The notes: generated from the letters alone by a model not told the origin. Shown: positions 49,093-59,242, counted from the first letter of the stretch. The stretch: 64,000 nt of DNA from Patescibacteria group bacterium (GCA_943355005.1 CALRDV010000001.1:15410-79409), one strand, 5' to 3'. Numbers and translations are program-made.

Positions 49093-49656
49093 ATGTTAAA
49101 TCAAGTATACGCAAACAAAAAGAGCATGACTCAAGCCTTCGTCCAAGGCAAGCGGATCCCCTTGACCGTCCTCACGGTTTCTCCTCACGTGGTCGTTACC
49201 AACAAAACCGTCGATAGAGATGGCTACTCCGCTGTAGTACTTTCTGTTGGCCCCAAAAAACTTCACGAGGTTCTTACCGAAGAAGTTTTAGATCCAAAAT
49301 CAGAAATAAATCTTTCCGAACTTTTGGTTCCAGGCACCATCATTGACGCCATGTCCAAATCCAAAGGTAAAGGTACGTCCGGTGTTATGAAACGCTGGGG
49401 TTTCTCAGGTGGTCCTCGTACTCATGGTCAGTCCGACAGAGGCCGTGCTCCTGGTTCCATTGGTAGAGGTACTACTCCGGGTCGTGTTCTTCCCGGTAAA
49501 CACATGGCAGGTCGCATGGGAAACGCCAACACTTACATCAAAAATCTTAAAGTTCATTCCTACGATCCAGCTACCGGCATTCTTCAAATCACCGGATGCA
49601 TCCCTGGTGGACGCAATGCTGTTACTTTGATTACCATCAGTAAGCTCAATAAATAA
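49093..49656 (+). CDS. rplC: 50S ribosomal protein L3 (short)
   Basis: SKGKG..GVMKRWGF, RAPGSIG, MAGRMG. Confidence 0.95.
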   Translation: MLNQVYANKKSMTQAFVQGKRIPLTVLTVSPHVVVTNKTVDRDGYSAVVLSVGPKKLHEVLTEEVLDPKSEINLSELLVPGTIIDAMSKSKGKGTSGVMKRWGFSGGPRTHGQSDRGRAPGSIGRGTTPGRVLPGKHMAGRMGNANTYIKNLKVHSYDPATGILQITGCIPGGRNAVTLITISKLNK

Positions 49657-49657
49657 T

Positions 49658-50257
49658 ATGGCTACCAAAAAAGTAACAACCACTACCACTCAGGATCTCT
49701 CCGTCTTCAATATCGAAGTCAGTCCTTCTTTAATTGCTCAAGCTATTCATGTCTATCAGGAAAACGCCCACCGTGGAGTTTCCAAAGTTAAGACTCGAGG
49801 CGAGATCAACAAGACCAAGAAAAAAGTTTACAAACAAAAAGGTACCGGTGGCGCCCGCCACGGTGCTCGCTCCGCCCCGATTTACGTTGGTGGAGGTGTT
49901 GTGTTTGGACCATCCGGTATCAAATCTGCTCCTAAATCCTTAAATCAAAAGATGAAAGTGAAAGCTTTAATCGGCACTCTTTCTCTCTATCAGAAAGAAA
50001 ATCGTTTGGCCATGGTCGACACTTCCGAGATCAAAGACATGTCCACTAAATCTGCTTTGAAAGTTCTAGGAAAAGAAAACTCCGCCTTTGTTTACTACTC
50101 CGAGTCCCCAGACTTCTTAAAAGCTATCAGCAATCTTGAAAATGTTATCTTACTTTCTGCCAGAAGACTCAATGCCTTCAGTGTAGCCAGTTCACCAAAG
50201 CTTTTCTTGACTTCATCTGCTTACGAACATTTAGTAAGTCGCCTAAAACTCAAATAA
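49658..50257 (+). CDS. rplD: 50S ribosomal protein L4
   Basis: QKGTGGARHG..APIYVGGG. Confidence 0.95.
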   Translation: MATKKVTTTTTQDLSVFNIEVSPSLIAQAIHVYQENAHRGVSKVKTRGEINKTKKKVYKQKGTGGARHGARSAPIYVGGGVVFGPSGIKSAPKSLNQKMKVKALIGTLSLYQKENRLAMVDTSEIKDMSTKSALKVLGKENSAFVYYSESPDFLKAISNLENVILLSARRLNAFSVASSPKLFLTSSAYEHLVSRLKLK

Positions 50258-50258
50258 C

Positions 50259-50567
50259 ATGTCTACACCATTAATCCACCAAAACACCATCATCAAGCCG
50301 GTCGTCACCGAAAAAAGTTATGCCTTGGCTGCTATGGATAAATATGTTTTTCAAGTTGCTCCTTCGGCCAGCAAATATCAAATCAAGAAGGCTATCCAAG
50401 ATCTTTTTAAAGTTGACGTCCTTTCTATCAACACTATCAAGCATGCCGCACGTAAGATTCGTTCGACCAAGACTGGTCGTCACATCACTTTACCTGTCAG
50501 CAAAAAAGCGATCGTTCACATCAAAAAGGGTCAAAAAATTGAAATTTTTAACGCTCTGAAAGCATAA
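50259..50567 (+). CDS. rplW: 50S ribosomal protein L23
   Basis: PVVTEKS, KKAIV. Confidence 0.95.
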   Translation: MSTPLIHQNTIIKPVVTEKSYALAAMDKYVFQVAPSASKYQIKKAIQDLFKVDVLSINTIKHAARKIRSTKTGRHITLPVSKKAIVHIKKGQKIEIFNALKA

Positions 50568-50572
50568 TCACT

Positions 50573-51328
50573 ATGAAAACTACACCTAAACGACTCTTAT
50601 CTCACAATCCAAAGTCCTCAGGACGCAACTTTTCTGGTAAAATAACGGTTCGACATCAAGGTGGCCGCGAGAAGAGATTTCTCCGTCACATCGATTGGAA
50701 ACGTAGCTCAGCTCTCACTGCCAAGGTTGACTCTATTCAGTACGATCCCAATCGTACCGCCGATATTGCCCTTTTAGTCTACGCCAATGGAGTCAAGGAT
50801 TTTATCCTCGCCCCACAAAATTTGAAAGTTGGAGATGTTATTGTTTCTTCGGAAACTGCCGAAATTAAAATCGGTAACTGTCTTCCTCTCAAAAATATTC
50901 CTATCGGCATTGAAATTCACAACTTGGAAATCACTCCCGGAAAAGGAGCTCAGATGGTTCGCAGTGCCGGCAATACCGCTACTGTCCAAAGTAAAGAAGG
51001 TAACGTTGTTATCGTCAAGCTTCCATCCGGCGAAATCCGTCAGTTCGACGGCAAATGCCGAGCCACCATTGGTGCCTTGAGTAATCCTCATCACAAAGAA
51101 GAAATTCTAGGAAAAGCAGGCCGCGCCCGTCACAAAGGTATTCGACCCACTGTTCGAGGTGTCGCTCAGGATCCACGTTCACACCCACACGGTGGTGGAG
51201 AAGGTCGTTCCGGTATTGGTATGAAATCACCGAAATCTCCTTGGGGTAAACGCACTCTCGGTAAGCGTACTCGAGATCGCAAAAAATACAGTAATAAAAC
51301 TATTATCAAACACCGTTACGCAAAATAA
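50573..51328 (+). CDS. rplB: 50S ribosomal protein L2
   Basis: YDPNRTA, HPHGGGEG. Confidence 0.97.
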   Translation: MKTTPKRLLSHNPKSSGRNFSGKITVRHQGGREKRFLRHIDWKRSSALTAKVDSIQYDPNRTADIALLVYANGVKDFILAPQNLKVGDVIVSSETAEIKIGNCLPLKNIPIGIEIHNLEITPGKGAQMVRSAGNTATVQSKEGNVVIVKLPSGEIRQFDGKCRATIGALSNPHHKEEILGKAGRARHKGIRPTVRGVAQDPRSHPHGGGEGRSGIGMKSPKSPWGKRTLGKRTRDRKKYSNKTIIKHRYAK

Positions 51329-51343
51329 TTTAATTAAATCATC

Positions 51344-51628
51344 ATGTCCAGAAGTTCAATCAAAGGACCATACGTCTACGAGAAGCTCATCGCTAAGATC
51401 GAGAAGCTCAAGGCTGCCGGTAAAAAAGAACCCATCAAAACTTGGGCTCGTAACAGTCAAATTCCCCCGGAATTTGTTGGCTACACTTTCGCTATTCACA
51501 ATGGCAAAGTCTTTAAAGAAGTTTTTATTACCGAAGACATGGTTGGTCACCGCTTGGGAGAGTTTTCCCTTACCCGCACCTTCCGTGGACATGGACGTAT
51601 CGTTAAGAGAACTCTAACCAAAACCTAA
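51344..51628 (+). CDS. rpsS: 30S ribosomal protein S19
   Basis: [12 protein letters not shown]. Confidence 0.97.
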   Translation: MSRSSIKGPYVYEKLIAKIEKLKAAGKKEPIKTWARNSQIPPEFVGYTFAIHNGKVFKEVFITEDMVGHRLGEFSLTRTFRGHGRIVKRTLTKT

Positions 51629-51634
51629 AGCACT

Positions 51635-52078
51635 ATGGCCACTAAAAACACAAAACAACTCGTCATCGCCAAAGCTCAACACGTTCTTTCTTCACCGAGA
51701 AAAACGAACTTGGTTCTCAAAGCCATTGTTGGCCGTAATGCTCAATTGGCCATCAAACAGCTCACTGTTACTTCCAAAAGAGCTGCCAAGCCTATCATTC
51801 AATTGATTAAGCAAGCCATTGGTAATGCTGTTTCACAGTTCCAAGCTTCACCCGACAAACTAATTATTGATTCCGCTTTTGCTACCAAAGGTCGTGTTCT
51901 CAAACGCGCTCACATCGGAGGTCGAGGCAAAACCAAACCTTACGAAAGAACCACTTCTCATTTAACCCTCACTGTCCGCATTCCAGCTGCTAAGGTCGTC
52001 GCTCTCCCGAAACCTGCTGAGGCCAAAGTTGAAGAAGTCGCTAAAAAAGTTGTCAAAACTACCAAAAAATCTAAATAA
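51635..52078 (+). CDS. rplV: 50S ribosomal protein L22
   Basis: SPRK, TSHLT; operon position. Confidence 0.93.
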   Translation: MATKNTKQLVIAKAQHVLSSPRKTNLVLKAIVGRNAQLAIKQLTVTSKRAAKPIIQLIKQAIGNAVSQFQASPDKLIIDSAFATKGRVLKRAHIGGRGKTKPYERTTSHLTLTVRIPAAKVVALPKPAEAKVEEVAKKVVKTTKKSK

Positions 52079-52080
52079 TC

Positions 52081-52734
52081 ATGGGAAAAAAAGTCAATCC
52101 AATAGCCTTCAGAACCGGTTACATCTTCCCAACCAAGTCAATCTGGTTTGCGAATTTCAGAACCTACGCTAAGTTTGTCCTCGAGGACAATACTATTCGA
52201 CGTTTCTTGGAGAACAAGCTAAAACTTGCCGGTATTACCAGTATTGAGATCAAACGCTCCATCAATTCTGTTGATATCTTTATGAACGTTTCCCGTCCCG
52301 GTGTTGTCATCGGTCGAGGTGGTTCTTCACTTGAAATACTCAAAAAAGATCTTGAAAAATTACTCAAAATTAATCCTAAGGCCAAAAACGCCGTCAAGAT
52401 TAATCTTCACCCCCTAGAAATCAAGAATCCCGAAATGAACTCCGCCATTATCGCCGATCGTCTCGCCGGTCAGCTCGAACACCGTTATCCTTTCCGCCGC
52501 GCTGCCAACCAGGCTATCGAAAAAGTCATGGCTGCCGGAGCCAAGGGTGTCAAACTCGTCTTCGCCGGTCGTATTGATGGAGCCGAAATTGCCAGAGTTG
52601 AAAAATTCAAACAAGGTCGAATCCCTACTCAAACATTACGCGCCAACATTGACTACGTCGAGAAGAGAGCTCTTACTCGCTCAGGCTATGTCGGTATTAA
52701 AGTTTGGATTTATTCAGGCGATATCATCAGTTAA
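52081..52734 (+). CDS. rpsC: 30S ribosomal protein S3
   Basis: MGKKVNP, RPGVVIG, IPTQTLRANIDY. Confidence 0.97.
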   Translation: MGKKVNPIAFRTGYIFPTKSIWFANFRTYAKFVLEDNTIRRFLENKLKLAGITSIEIKRSINSVDIFMNVSRPGVVIGRGGSSLEILKKDLEKLLKINPKAKNAVKINLHPLEIKNPEMNSAIIADRLAGQLEHRYPFRRAANQAIEKVMAAGAKGVKLVFAGRIDGAEIARVEKFKQGRIPTQTLRANIDYVEKRALTRSGYVGIKVWIYSGDIIS

Positions 52735-52755
52735 TCCAAAAAATACAAAAAGAAT

Positions 52756-53169
52756 ATGTTACAACCAGCTAGACGCAAATATAGAAAAGAATTTAGAGGT
52801 AGTATGGGTGGAGTTGCTACTCGCACCAACGAGCTTTCTTATGGAGAATTCGGCATCAAAACCCTAGAGAGTGGTTGGCTTTCCGCCAACGAAATTGAAT
52901 CCGCCCGTCGTACTATTACTCACCACACGAAACGTGTCGGAAAATTCTTCTTAAGAGTCTTCCCTCACAAGCCAATTGGTCACAAGACCCCTGGTGCTCG
53001 TATGGGTTCGGGCAAATCCGACGTCAGTGGTTACGTAGCGGTTGCCAAACCGGGTCAAATTCTCATGGAGCTCTCAGGAGTTACTAGAGAAGTCGCCATG
53101 GAAGCCATTCGTTTAGCTGGACACAAACTCTCTGTTAAAACTAAGTTTATCGAAAAAGAAAATGCCTAA
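52756..53169 (+). CDS. rplP: 50S ribosomal protein L16
   Basis: RVFPHKP, RMGSGK. Confidence 0.97.
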   Translation: MLQPARRKYRKEFRGSMGGVATRTNELSYGEFGIKTLESGWLSANEIESARRTITHHTKRVGKFFLRVFPHKPIGHKTPGARMGSGKSDVSGYVAVAKPGQILMELSGVTREVAMEAIRLAGHKLSVKTKFIEKENA

Positions 53170-53323
53170 AACAAAAACCACCGAAAACACCTTGACTCTT
53201 GATGAGTTAAAAATTAAATTGTCCAACATAAAGTTAAATATCCGTTCCGGACAAGAAAAAAATACCAACGCTCATAAGCAGACCAAAGTTCAAATTGCTC
53301 AATTGTTAAGCAAAACCAAATAA
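53162..53323 (+). CDS. rpmC: 50S ribosomal protein L29 (53 aa, below ORF-track cutoff)
   Basis: MPKTKTTENTLTLDELKIKLSNIKLNIRSGQEKNTNAHKQTKVQIAQLLSKTK between rplP and rpsQ. Confidence 0.8.
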   Translation: MPKTKTTENTLTLDELKIKLSNIKLNIRSGQEKNTNAHKQTKVQIAQLLSKTK

Positions 53324-53324
53324 T

Positions 53325-53549
53325 ATGAAACACCTACTCGGAACAGTCAAAAGTGACAAAAATCTAAAAACAGCGATCGTCGATGTCATTAGTTTTAAAG
53401 TTCACCCTAAATATCTCAAGAGAACCAAGGTCAACAAATCTTTTGCTGCTCACAACGAACTAGGTGCCAAAGTTGGTAACCGCGTCCGCATCGAAGAAAC
53501 CCGACCAATTAGCAAAACCAAACGCTGGATAATCACAAAAATAATATGA
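53325..53549 (+). CDS. rpsQ: 30S ribosomal protein S17
   Basis: [15 protein letters not shown]. Confidence 0.96.
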   Translation: MKHLLGTVKSDKNLKTAIVDVISFKVHPKYLKRTKVNKSFAAHNELGAKVGNRVRIEETRPISKTKRWIITKII

Positions 53550-53920
53550 TACAACTACGATCCGTCCTAAAAGTAGCCGATAATTCCGGTGCCAAATTGA
53601 TCAAAGTCATTCTTGTTCATGGTGGTTCACGCCGCCGTTTTGGATACATCGGTGACATCGTCACTGCCGCCGTTGAAGGTTCAGATGCCAGTGGTGCTGT
53701 AAAAGACAAGCAAGTTGTCAAAGCTGTCATCGTCCGTACTCGCAAAGAAACCCGCCGCGACGATGGTACCTACGTCCGTTTCGATGACAATGCTGCCGTT
53801 ATTATTGATTCCATCGCTGGTAAGCAGCCTTTGGGTACTCGTATCTTCGGACCTGTCGCTCGTGAGGTCAAAGATGCCGGGTTTGCCAAAATCGCTTCAT
53901 TAGCACCAGAAGTGGTATAA
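53546..53920 (+). CDS. rplN: 50S ribosomal protein L14
   Basis: [23 protein letters not shown]. Confidence 0.98.
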   Translation: MIQLRSVLKVADNSGAKLIKVILVHGGSRRRFGYIGDIVTAAVEGSDASGAVKDKQVVKAVIVRTRKETRRDDGTYVRFDDNAAVIIDSIAGKQPLGTRIFGPVAREVKDAGFAKIASLAPEVV

Positions 53921-53929
53921 CAACAACCT

Positions 53930-53957
53930 TGTCATTCCCGACCTGATCGGGAATCTA
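53930..53957 (+). repeat. REP-like palindrome subfamily A
   Basis: tgtcattcccgacctgatcgggaatcta between rplN and rplX. Confidence 0.9.
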
Positions 53958-53974
53958 TATAAATAAAAAAGACC

Positions 53975-54298
53975 ATGTTTAAATTTAAAACCAACGACAC
54001 AGTTCAAATCACCGCCGGCAAAGACAAAGGTCGTACAGGTAAGGTCATCAAAGTCCTTCCAGCCGATCAAAAAGTCTTAGTCGAAGGTATTAACCTGTAC
54101 AAAAAACACATCAAGCCCAAAGGCAATGAGCCCGGCACCATTTTGACTCTCCCCAGAGCCATTTCCGTCGCCTCCATCGCTCTCGTTTGCCCCTCATGTG
54201 GCAAGCCCACCCGCGTCGGCTTTGATGCATCCCAGACCCCTAAAGTTAGAGTCTGTCACAAATGTCGCCAGATTATCAGTTCTGTATCCACAAAATGA
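53975..54298 (+). CDS. rplX: 50S ribosomal protein L24
   Basis: GKDKG KOW motif, VEGIN. Confidence 0.96.
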   Translation: MFKFKTNDTVQITAGKDKGRTGKVIKVLPADQKVLVEGINLYKKHIKPKGNEPGTILTLPRAISVASIALVCPSCGKPTRVGFDASQTPKVRVCHKCRQIISSVSTK

Positions 54299-54849
54299 CA
54301 CAAACTCTTAAAGAAAAATATCTAAAAGAAATTCGACCTACTCTTCAAAAAGAGTTGAAGATCGATTCTGTAATGGCCGTTCCAAAAATTGAAAAAATTA
54401 CGGTGAACACCAGTTCCCGAGATTTCAAAACCGATAAGGAACTATTAGCGAAGACTAAGGCCTGGTTAGCTACCATCACCGGTCAAGCTCCTTTAGAGAC
54501 CAAGTCTCGTTCCAGTATCGCCGCTTTTAATCTTCGAGAAGGTGAAGTTGTCGGTCTCAAAGTCACTTTGAGAGGCAATCGTATGTACGATTTTCTTCAG
54601 AAATTAACCTCTATCGTCTTACCTCGTCTTAAAGATTTTCAGGGCGTCTCCCGCACTACTTTCGATAAGAATGGTAATTACACCCTCGGTTTCCCCGAAC
54701 AAATAGTGTTTCCTGAAGTGGAATATGATAAAATCGGGAGGATTCAAGGGCTGGAGATAACTATTTCTACGAGCGCGAAGGATCCTCAAACATCGTTTAA
54801 ACTTCTCTTGGCTCTAGGCATGCCTTTTACCAAAGAAGAAACCAAGTAA
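54295..54849 (+). CDS. rplE: 50S ribosomal protein L5
   Basis: SIAAFNLREG, LPRLKDFQG; ATG overlaps rplX stop. Confidence 0.96.
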   Translation: MTQTLKEKYLKEIRPTLQKELKIDSVMAVPKIEKITVNTSSRDFKTDKELLAKTKAWLATITGQAPLETKSRSSIAAFNLREGEVVGLKVTLRGNRMYDFLQKLTSIVLPRLKDFQGVSRTTFDKNGNYTLGFPEQIVFPEVEYDKIGRIQGLEITISTSAKDPQTSFKLLLALGMPFTKEETK

Positions 54850-54855
54850 CAACTA

Positions 54856-55041
54856 ATGGCCAAAAAAAGCAAAATCGCTAAATCATTAAAACTCAAAGGT
54901 CACTCGACCAGAGATCATCGTCGATGCCAGTTATGTGGCCGCCCTCGTGGCGTCATCCGCATTTTTGGACTCTGTCGTCTCTGCTTCCGGGAAATGGCTC
55001 ACAGGGGAGAACTCCCAGGTGTATTTAAAATGTCAAAATAA
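54856..55041 (+). CDS. rpsN: 30S ribosomal protein S14 (zinc-binding type Z)
   Basis: [15 protein letters not shown]. Confidence 0.95.
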   Translation: MAKKSKIAKSLKLKGHSTRDHRRCQLCGRPRGVIRIFGLCRLCFREMAHRGELPGVFKMSK

Positions 55042-55042
55042 T

Positions 55043-55432
55043 ATGGATACTACAGCAGACTTTCTAACCATCATCAGAAACGGCTACATGGCCAAAAAAG
55101 ATACCGTTACCGTTGATTCTTCCAAGATGAGACTTGAATTGGTTAAGATTTTAAAATCCGAAGCCTTCATCCAAGATTACACTATCGAAGAAGCCAAGCC
55201 GGTCAACAAAATCACGATTACTCTTCGTTATTTCGAAAAAGGTCTCGCTGCTGTCACCGGCATCAAGAAAGTCAGTAAATCCAGTGTCCGCATTTATTCT
55301 GCACACAACGAAATCCCTAAGGTTCTATCCGGAGCCGGTACGACAATTATTTCTACTTCCGCTGGTCTTATGACCGGCAAAGCCGCTCGAGAGAAACATC
55401 TCGGAGGCGAAGTTATCTGCCAAATTTGGTAA
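55043..55432 (+). CDS. rpsH: 30S ribosomal protein S8
   Basis: ADFLTIIRN, STSAGLMT, GGEVIC. Confidence 0.96.
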   Translation: MDTTADFLTIIRNGYMAKKDTVTVDSSKMRLELVKILKSEAFIQDYTIEEAKPVNKITITLRYFEKGLAAVTGIKKVSKSSVRIYSAHNEIPKVLSGAGTTIISTSAGLMTGKAAREKHLGGEVICQIW

Positions 55433-55439
55433 AAAACAT

Positions 55440-55988
55440 ATGAGCCGCATTGGACGCAAACCGCTACATCTACCAACTTCCGTAACTTTCGAGAAAACGG
55501 AAACCACTTTGAAGTTCACTGGACCTAAGGGTACTTTGGAATCAGTTCTTCCTAAAGGAATTGAGATTGAAGTCAAAGACAATGTCATCAGCTTTACCCG
55601 AACCAGCGACGTTCCCTCTGTTCGAGCTCTTCATGGTCTCGCTCGACGCTTGGCACAGAACGCCATTACCGGTGTCACTGAAGGCTTTACCAAAGATTTA
55701 CAGCTTGTAGGTACCGGTTATCGCGTGGCTCCACATGCCGACGGTCTTTCACTTTCGGTTGGCTATTCTCACCCCGTCATCTTCAAAAAAGTTCCCGGAG
55801 TAACCATTACCACTGAAGGTCAAGATAAAATCAAAATCACAGGTATAGACAAACAGCTCGTCGGCCAAGTTTCCGCCAACATCCGCGCCGTCAGAAAACC
55901 TGAACCTTACAAAGGCAAAGGTATCCGCTATTCAGACGAAGTCATCCTTAAGAAACAAGGTAAGACTGCTACTAAGACTGCCGCCTAA
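55440..55988 (+). CDS. rplF: 50S ribosomal protein L6
   Basis: MSRIG, PEPYKGKGIRY. Confidence 0.97.
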   Translation: MSRIGRKPLHLPTSVTFEKTETTLKFTGPKGTLESVLPKGIEIEVKDNVISFTRTSDVPSVRALHGLARRLAQNAITGVTEGFTKDLQLVGTGYRVAPHADGLSLSVGYSHPVIFKKVPGVTITTEGQDKIKITGIDKQLVGQVSANIRAVRKPEPYKGKGIRYSDEVILKKQGKTATKTAA

Positions 55989-55993
55989 AACAT

Positions 55994-56338
55994 ATGAACA
56001 AATTTTTAACCGCCCAACAATCCAGAGCCAATCGCATTCGTGCTAAGCTTCTTGCTACCACGACAAGACCACGCTTAACTGTCGATCGTTCCAACTCCAA
56101 CATCTTTGCTCAAATCCTTGATCAAAGTGGCAAGGTCATTGTCGCTCTTGGTTCTCAAGGGATGAAAGATTTCAAAGGCACCAAAACTGAAATGGCAAGT
56201 GTCGTTGGTAAAAAGCTTGGCGAAATGGCAAAAGATAAAAAAGTTTCCACTGTCGTTTTCGATCGTGGTTCCTACCGTTTCCATGGCCGCGTCAAAGCTT
56301 TAGCTGAAGGCGTTCGCGAATCAGGCATTAAATTCTAA
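55994..56338 (+). CDS. rplR: 50S ribosomal protein L18
   Basis: RPRL, VFDRGSYRFHGRVKA. Confidence 0.96.
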   Translation: MNKFLTAQQSRANRIRAKLLATTTRPRLTVDRSNSNIFAQILDQSGKVIVALGSQGMKDFKGTKTEMASVVGKKLGEMAKDKKVSTVVFDRGSYRFHGRVKALAEGVRESGIKF

Positions 56339-56361
56339 TCACTAAACAAAAAACAAAAAAC

Positions 56362-56880
56362 ATGGCATACGCAGGTAACACAAATAATTCTAATAGAGGC
56401 GGCGGTCGACCGGCTCCCGAAGGTTTCGAGCAAGTTCTCGAGATTCGACGTGTGAGTAAGAAGACCCAAGGTGGTACAAATGTGTCATTCTCGGCTCTAG
56501 TTGTTACCGGAGACAAAAAAGGTAAAGTCGGTCTTGGTTTGGCCAAAGCCCCGAACGTTGCCGATGCTATCAAAAAAGCTATCCGTCTTAGTAATCGCGA
56601 TCTGGTCCAGGTTCCTTTAGTTGACGGTACCATTCCTTACGAAACTAAATCCAAATACGGCGCTTCCAAAGTTCTTTTCCGACCCGCTCCCAAAGGCACA
56701 GGCATCATTGCCGGTTCCTCAGTCCGAGCCGTCGTCGAAGCTGCCGGAGTTACCGACATTGTTTGTAAGGTTCTAGGAACCAACAATAAGACCAGTAACG
56801 CCCGTGCTACTTTCAAAGCCCTTAAACAAATCGAAGTTCTAGCCAAGAAATATCAAATGCTTAAAGCCGCCCGCGCTTAA
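56362..56880 (+). CDS. rpsE: 30S ribosomal protein S5
   Basis: FSALVVTGD, PAPKGTGIIAG. Confidence 0.96.
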   Translation: MAYAGNTNNSNRGGGRPAPEGFEQVLEIRRVSKKTQGGTNVSFSALVVTGDKKGKVGLGLAKAPNVADAIKKAIRLSNRDLVQVPLVDGTIPYETKSKYGASKVLFRPAPKGTGIIAGSSVRAVVEAAGVTDIVCKVLGTNNKTSNARATFKALKQIEVLAKKYQMLKAARA

Positions 56881-56894
56881 AACCAATAAAACCT

Positions 56895-57344
56895 ATGATG
56901 TTACTTTCAAACCTCCCCAAGCTTTCCAAAACCCCCAAGAAGAGACTCGGTCGTGGCTTCGGCTCCGGCGTCGGTGGTCACACTGTCGGTCGTGGTCAAA
57001 AAGGTCAAAAGACCCGTGGCGTCATGCCTCTTTGGTTCGAAGGTGGACAGCTCCCTTTGGTTCGACGTACTCCTTTCATCAAAGGTAAACACCGCTTCCA
57101 GGTCATCAAGCTCCAGCCCATTACCGTCAACTTCGATCGTTTGGACAAGTTTGAAGCCAATTCCGTCATTGATCCTCTTTTCTTAGCTACAGCCCTCAAG
57201 GTCAGCGAGAAAGAAGCCAAACGTGGCTTCAAGATCATCGCGACAGGTAAGCTCACCAAAGCCCTTCAGGTGGCCGTTCCAGCCTCTGCAGGCGCCATCA
57301 AAGCCATAGAAGCAGCCGGCGGCAAAGTCCTCACCTCCAAGTAA
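56895..57344 (+). CDS. rplO: 50S ribosomal protein L15
   Basis: RLGRGFGSG, FEGGQLPL. Confidence 0.96.
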   Translation: MMLLSNLPKLSKTPKKRLGRGFGSGVGGHTVGRGQKGQKTRGVMPLWFEGGQLPLVRRTPFIKGKHRFQVIKLQPITVNFDRLDKFEANSVIDPLFLATALKVSEKEAKRGFKIIATGKLTKALQVAVPASAGAIKAIEAAGGKVLTSK

Positions 57345-57451
57345 TTCTAAAAGGCTAGTTGAGCCTGTTTATAGTATTGAACTATAGGAAATTTTGTGAT
57401 ATAATCCACGCATCGTTTAGAACGCCCACATTCACAAAAAAGGAGGGCATC

Positions 57452-58168
57452 ATGCCCAGTTATGTCGAAAAATTTCGCTTAGACCATCTAATATCCATGC
57501 TCAGACAGGCTCGTGGAGATATTTTTGCCATCATCTCGGCAATCGCCGAGTATGAGCTTTGGCACCAGGACTACCTTGAGCGCAATGCTCAGGCCGCTTC
57601 CGTACGGAAGCAGTATCTTCAAGGTTTCGAAGAAGATATGGCTCAGTTGACCCGTGCCGACTTTCAGCACCCCACGGCGGGGACTCACGCCGTAGATGGC
57701 CAATTGGCTGTTGGTGGAGAGTCTGAACTTGATGGGTTTGATCTTCTCCAGCCAATTAAGGGTGATCGTGTTCCGAATCCAGATTACCCGGAATCCTGCA
57801 GTATTGGGTCAGATGGATGGACGGCAGCTGCGTTTTCGGGGCGGACTCCTCGTATCGTCCCATTCGATTCCGAGAACGATGATGTGTGGGAGATGGAGGA
57901 GCCAGCTGAAGATGTAGATTGGGACGAGCTTGCCTTTGTCTTTAGGCAGGTTGGTTTCGACACAAGACAGCTGTACGGCATCACCAACATCTCTGATATC
58001 CATATCGATTATCATCGGCGCGGTCTCGCTGTACTCCCAAAGGGCGCACGTCACAATTCACCTCTCGGTCGCGAAACCTGGGAAGATCGGTTTGTCGCTG
58101 AGATACGTGAAAGCGCATCGAAAAACAACTGGCACCCCTGGCTGATCGGCACCAACTTGTTCGAATGA
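57452..58168 (+). CDS. Hypothetical protein (cassette 1 of rplO-secY array)
   Basis: TGaTATAAT, AAGGAGG SD, ATG 57452, own terminator. Confidence 0.7.
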   Translation: MPSYVEKFRLDHLISMLRQARGDIFAIISAIAEYELWHQDYLERNAQAASVRKQYLQGFEEDMAQLTRADFQHPTAGTHAVDGQLAVGGESELDGFDLLQPIKGDRVPNPDYPESCSIGSDGWTAAAFSGRTPRIVPFDSENDDVWEMEEPAEDVDWDELAFVFRQVGFDTRQLYGITNISDIHIDYHRRGLAVLPKGARHNSPLGRETWEDRFVAEIRESASKNNWHPWLIGTNLFE

Positions 58169-58172
58169 TCCC

Positions 58173-58260
58173 AAACCACACCCTAACCGGTGTGGTTTTT
58201 ATTTTAGTAGTATAATATCCTAGAACATTGTAATTCTATCTATTGCTTAGGAGGCAACTT
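58173..58260 (+). promoter_or_regulatory. Cassette junction J1: CCAC/GTGG terminator, TATAAT, gaacattg, SD
   Basis: aaaccacacc..ggtgtggttt; TATAAT 58211; AGGAGG 58249. Confidence 0.75.
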
Positions 58261-58683
58261 ATGTTTAGTTTAAGTCTGTTGGGAACGGCCACAGACAATC
58301 ATTCGGCTTACCTGGTTCGACCAGGAATGATGAACGGCGCCTTACATTTCTTTCATGAAATTAAGTGGGTCGAGTTCGAAGGGCTGAGGGTGAACGGAGA
58401 TTGGGGACAAGCCAGGTTTGTTTCTTCGAATATTGTCGGCAGTCATATCTATCAGCTGACCGAATTAACATCCGAAGATCCGGAGAAGCTCGAGATGACC
58501 GAGTTCCACATCGCCATCCACTTCTCATCCGCCACCCCCCAAGAAGCCTCTGAGGCTATATTGGACTGGGCAATTCACTCTGGCGCCAGTGAAGGCGCCA
58601 CCATTGAACCGGCCAACGCAGAAGGAACCAAATGGTTCATATGTTTACCGGCATTGTTCAAGTTCAGTCTCGAGATCGTCTAA
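58261..58683 (+). CDS. Hypothetical protein (cassette 2)
   Basis: SD-led ATG 58261. Confidence 0.65.
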   Translation: MFSLSLLGTATDNHSAYLVRPGMMNGALHFFHEIKWVEFEGLRVNGDWGQARFVSSNIVGSHIYQLTELTSEDPEKLEMTEFHIAIHFSSATPQEASEAILDWAIHSGASEGATIEPANAEGTKWFICLPALFKFSLEIV

Positions 58684-58686
58684 TTC

Positions 58687-58778
58687 AAATCCACTCTATA
58701 TAGGGTGGATTTTTATTTTCTGATGTATAATACCCCAGAACGTTTCTAGAAAAACAACACTTTGAAATCGGAGGAAAT
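58687..58778 (+). promoter_or_regulatory. Cassette junction J2
   Basis: aaatccactc..gggtggattt; TATAAT 58726; aacactttgaaat; GGAGG 58770. Confidence 0.75.
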
Positions 58779-59162
58779 ATGAGCTTTACACCCCAAAATG
58801 CTTTAGGGAAAGCAAATTCTAATTTACAGGGAACCGAATTTTTTCTTGGAGCCAAAAGAGCACTCGGTGAAAAATTTACTAAAGCCGATGTCTTTATCCT
58901 CCTTATTGCACGAATTAAGGAAATTTTAAGCTTTAAGGATGGTCGGGATGAAAAATGGCTGGGCATGTTAAAAGATGCAATCAATCAAAACATGACCTCG
59001 GCGCTGAAGGAATATTTATCAAATCAGATAGAATATCTTCGAACATCCAATCCTGATTACGAAATATTGATCTTGACTCCTGCACTTGTAAGCCTTTCTT
59101 TTAGTTCAAATTTAGATCCATATCTTCTTCTCGGACTAGAAGAGTTCTACAAAACCCTCTAG
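58779..59162 (+). CDS. Hypothetical protein (cassette 3)
   Basis: 127 aa SD-led ORF. Confidence 0.65.
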   Translation: MSFTPQNALGKANSNLQGTEFFLGAKRALGEKFTKADVFILLIARIKEILSFKDGRDEKWLGMLKDAINQNMTSALKEYLSNQIEYLRTSNPDYEILILTPALVSLSFSSNLDPYLLLGLEEFYKTL

Positions 59163-59168
59163 GCACTC

Positions 59169-59242
59169 GCCCACCTTCACCGGTGGGTTTTTTATTATGG
59201 GTGTTATAATATCCCAGAACATTAAATTAAGGAGGTTAGATA
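59169..59242 (+). promoter_or_regulatory. Cassette junction J3
   Basis: gcccacc..ggtgggt-T run; TGtTATAAT 59202-59210; gaacattaaa; AAGGAGG. Confidence 0.75.
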
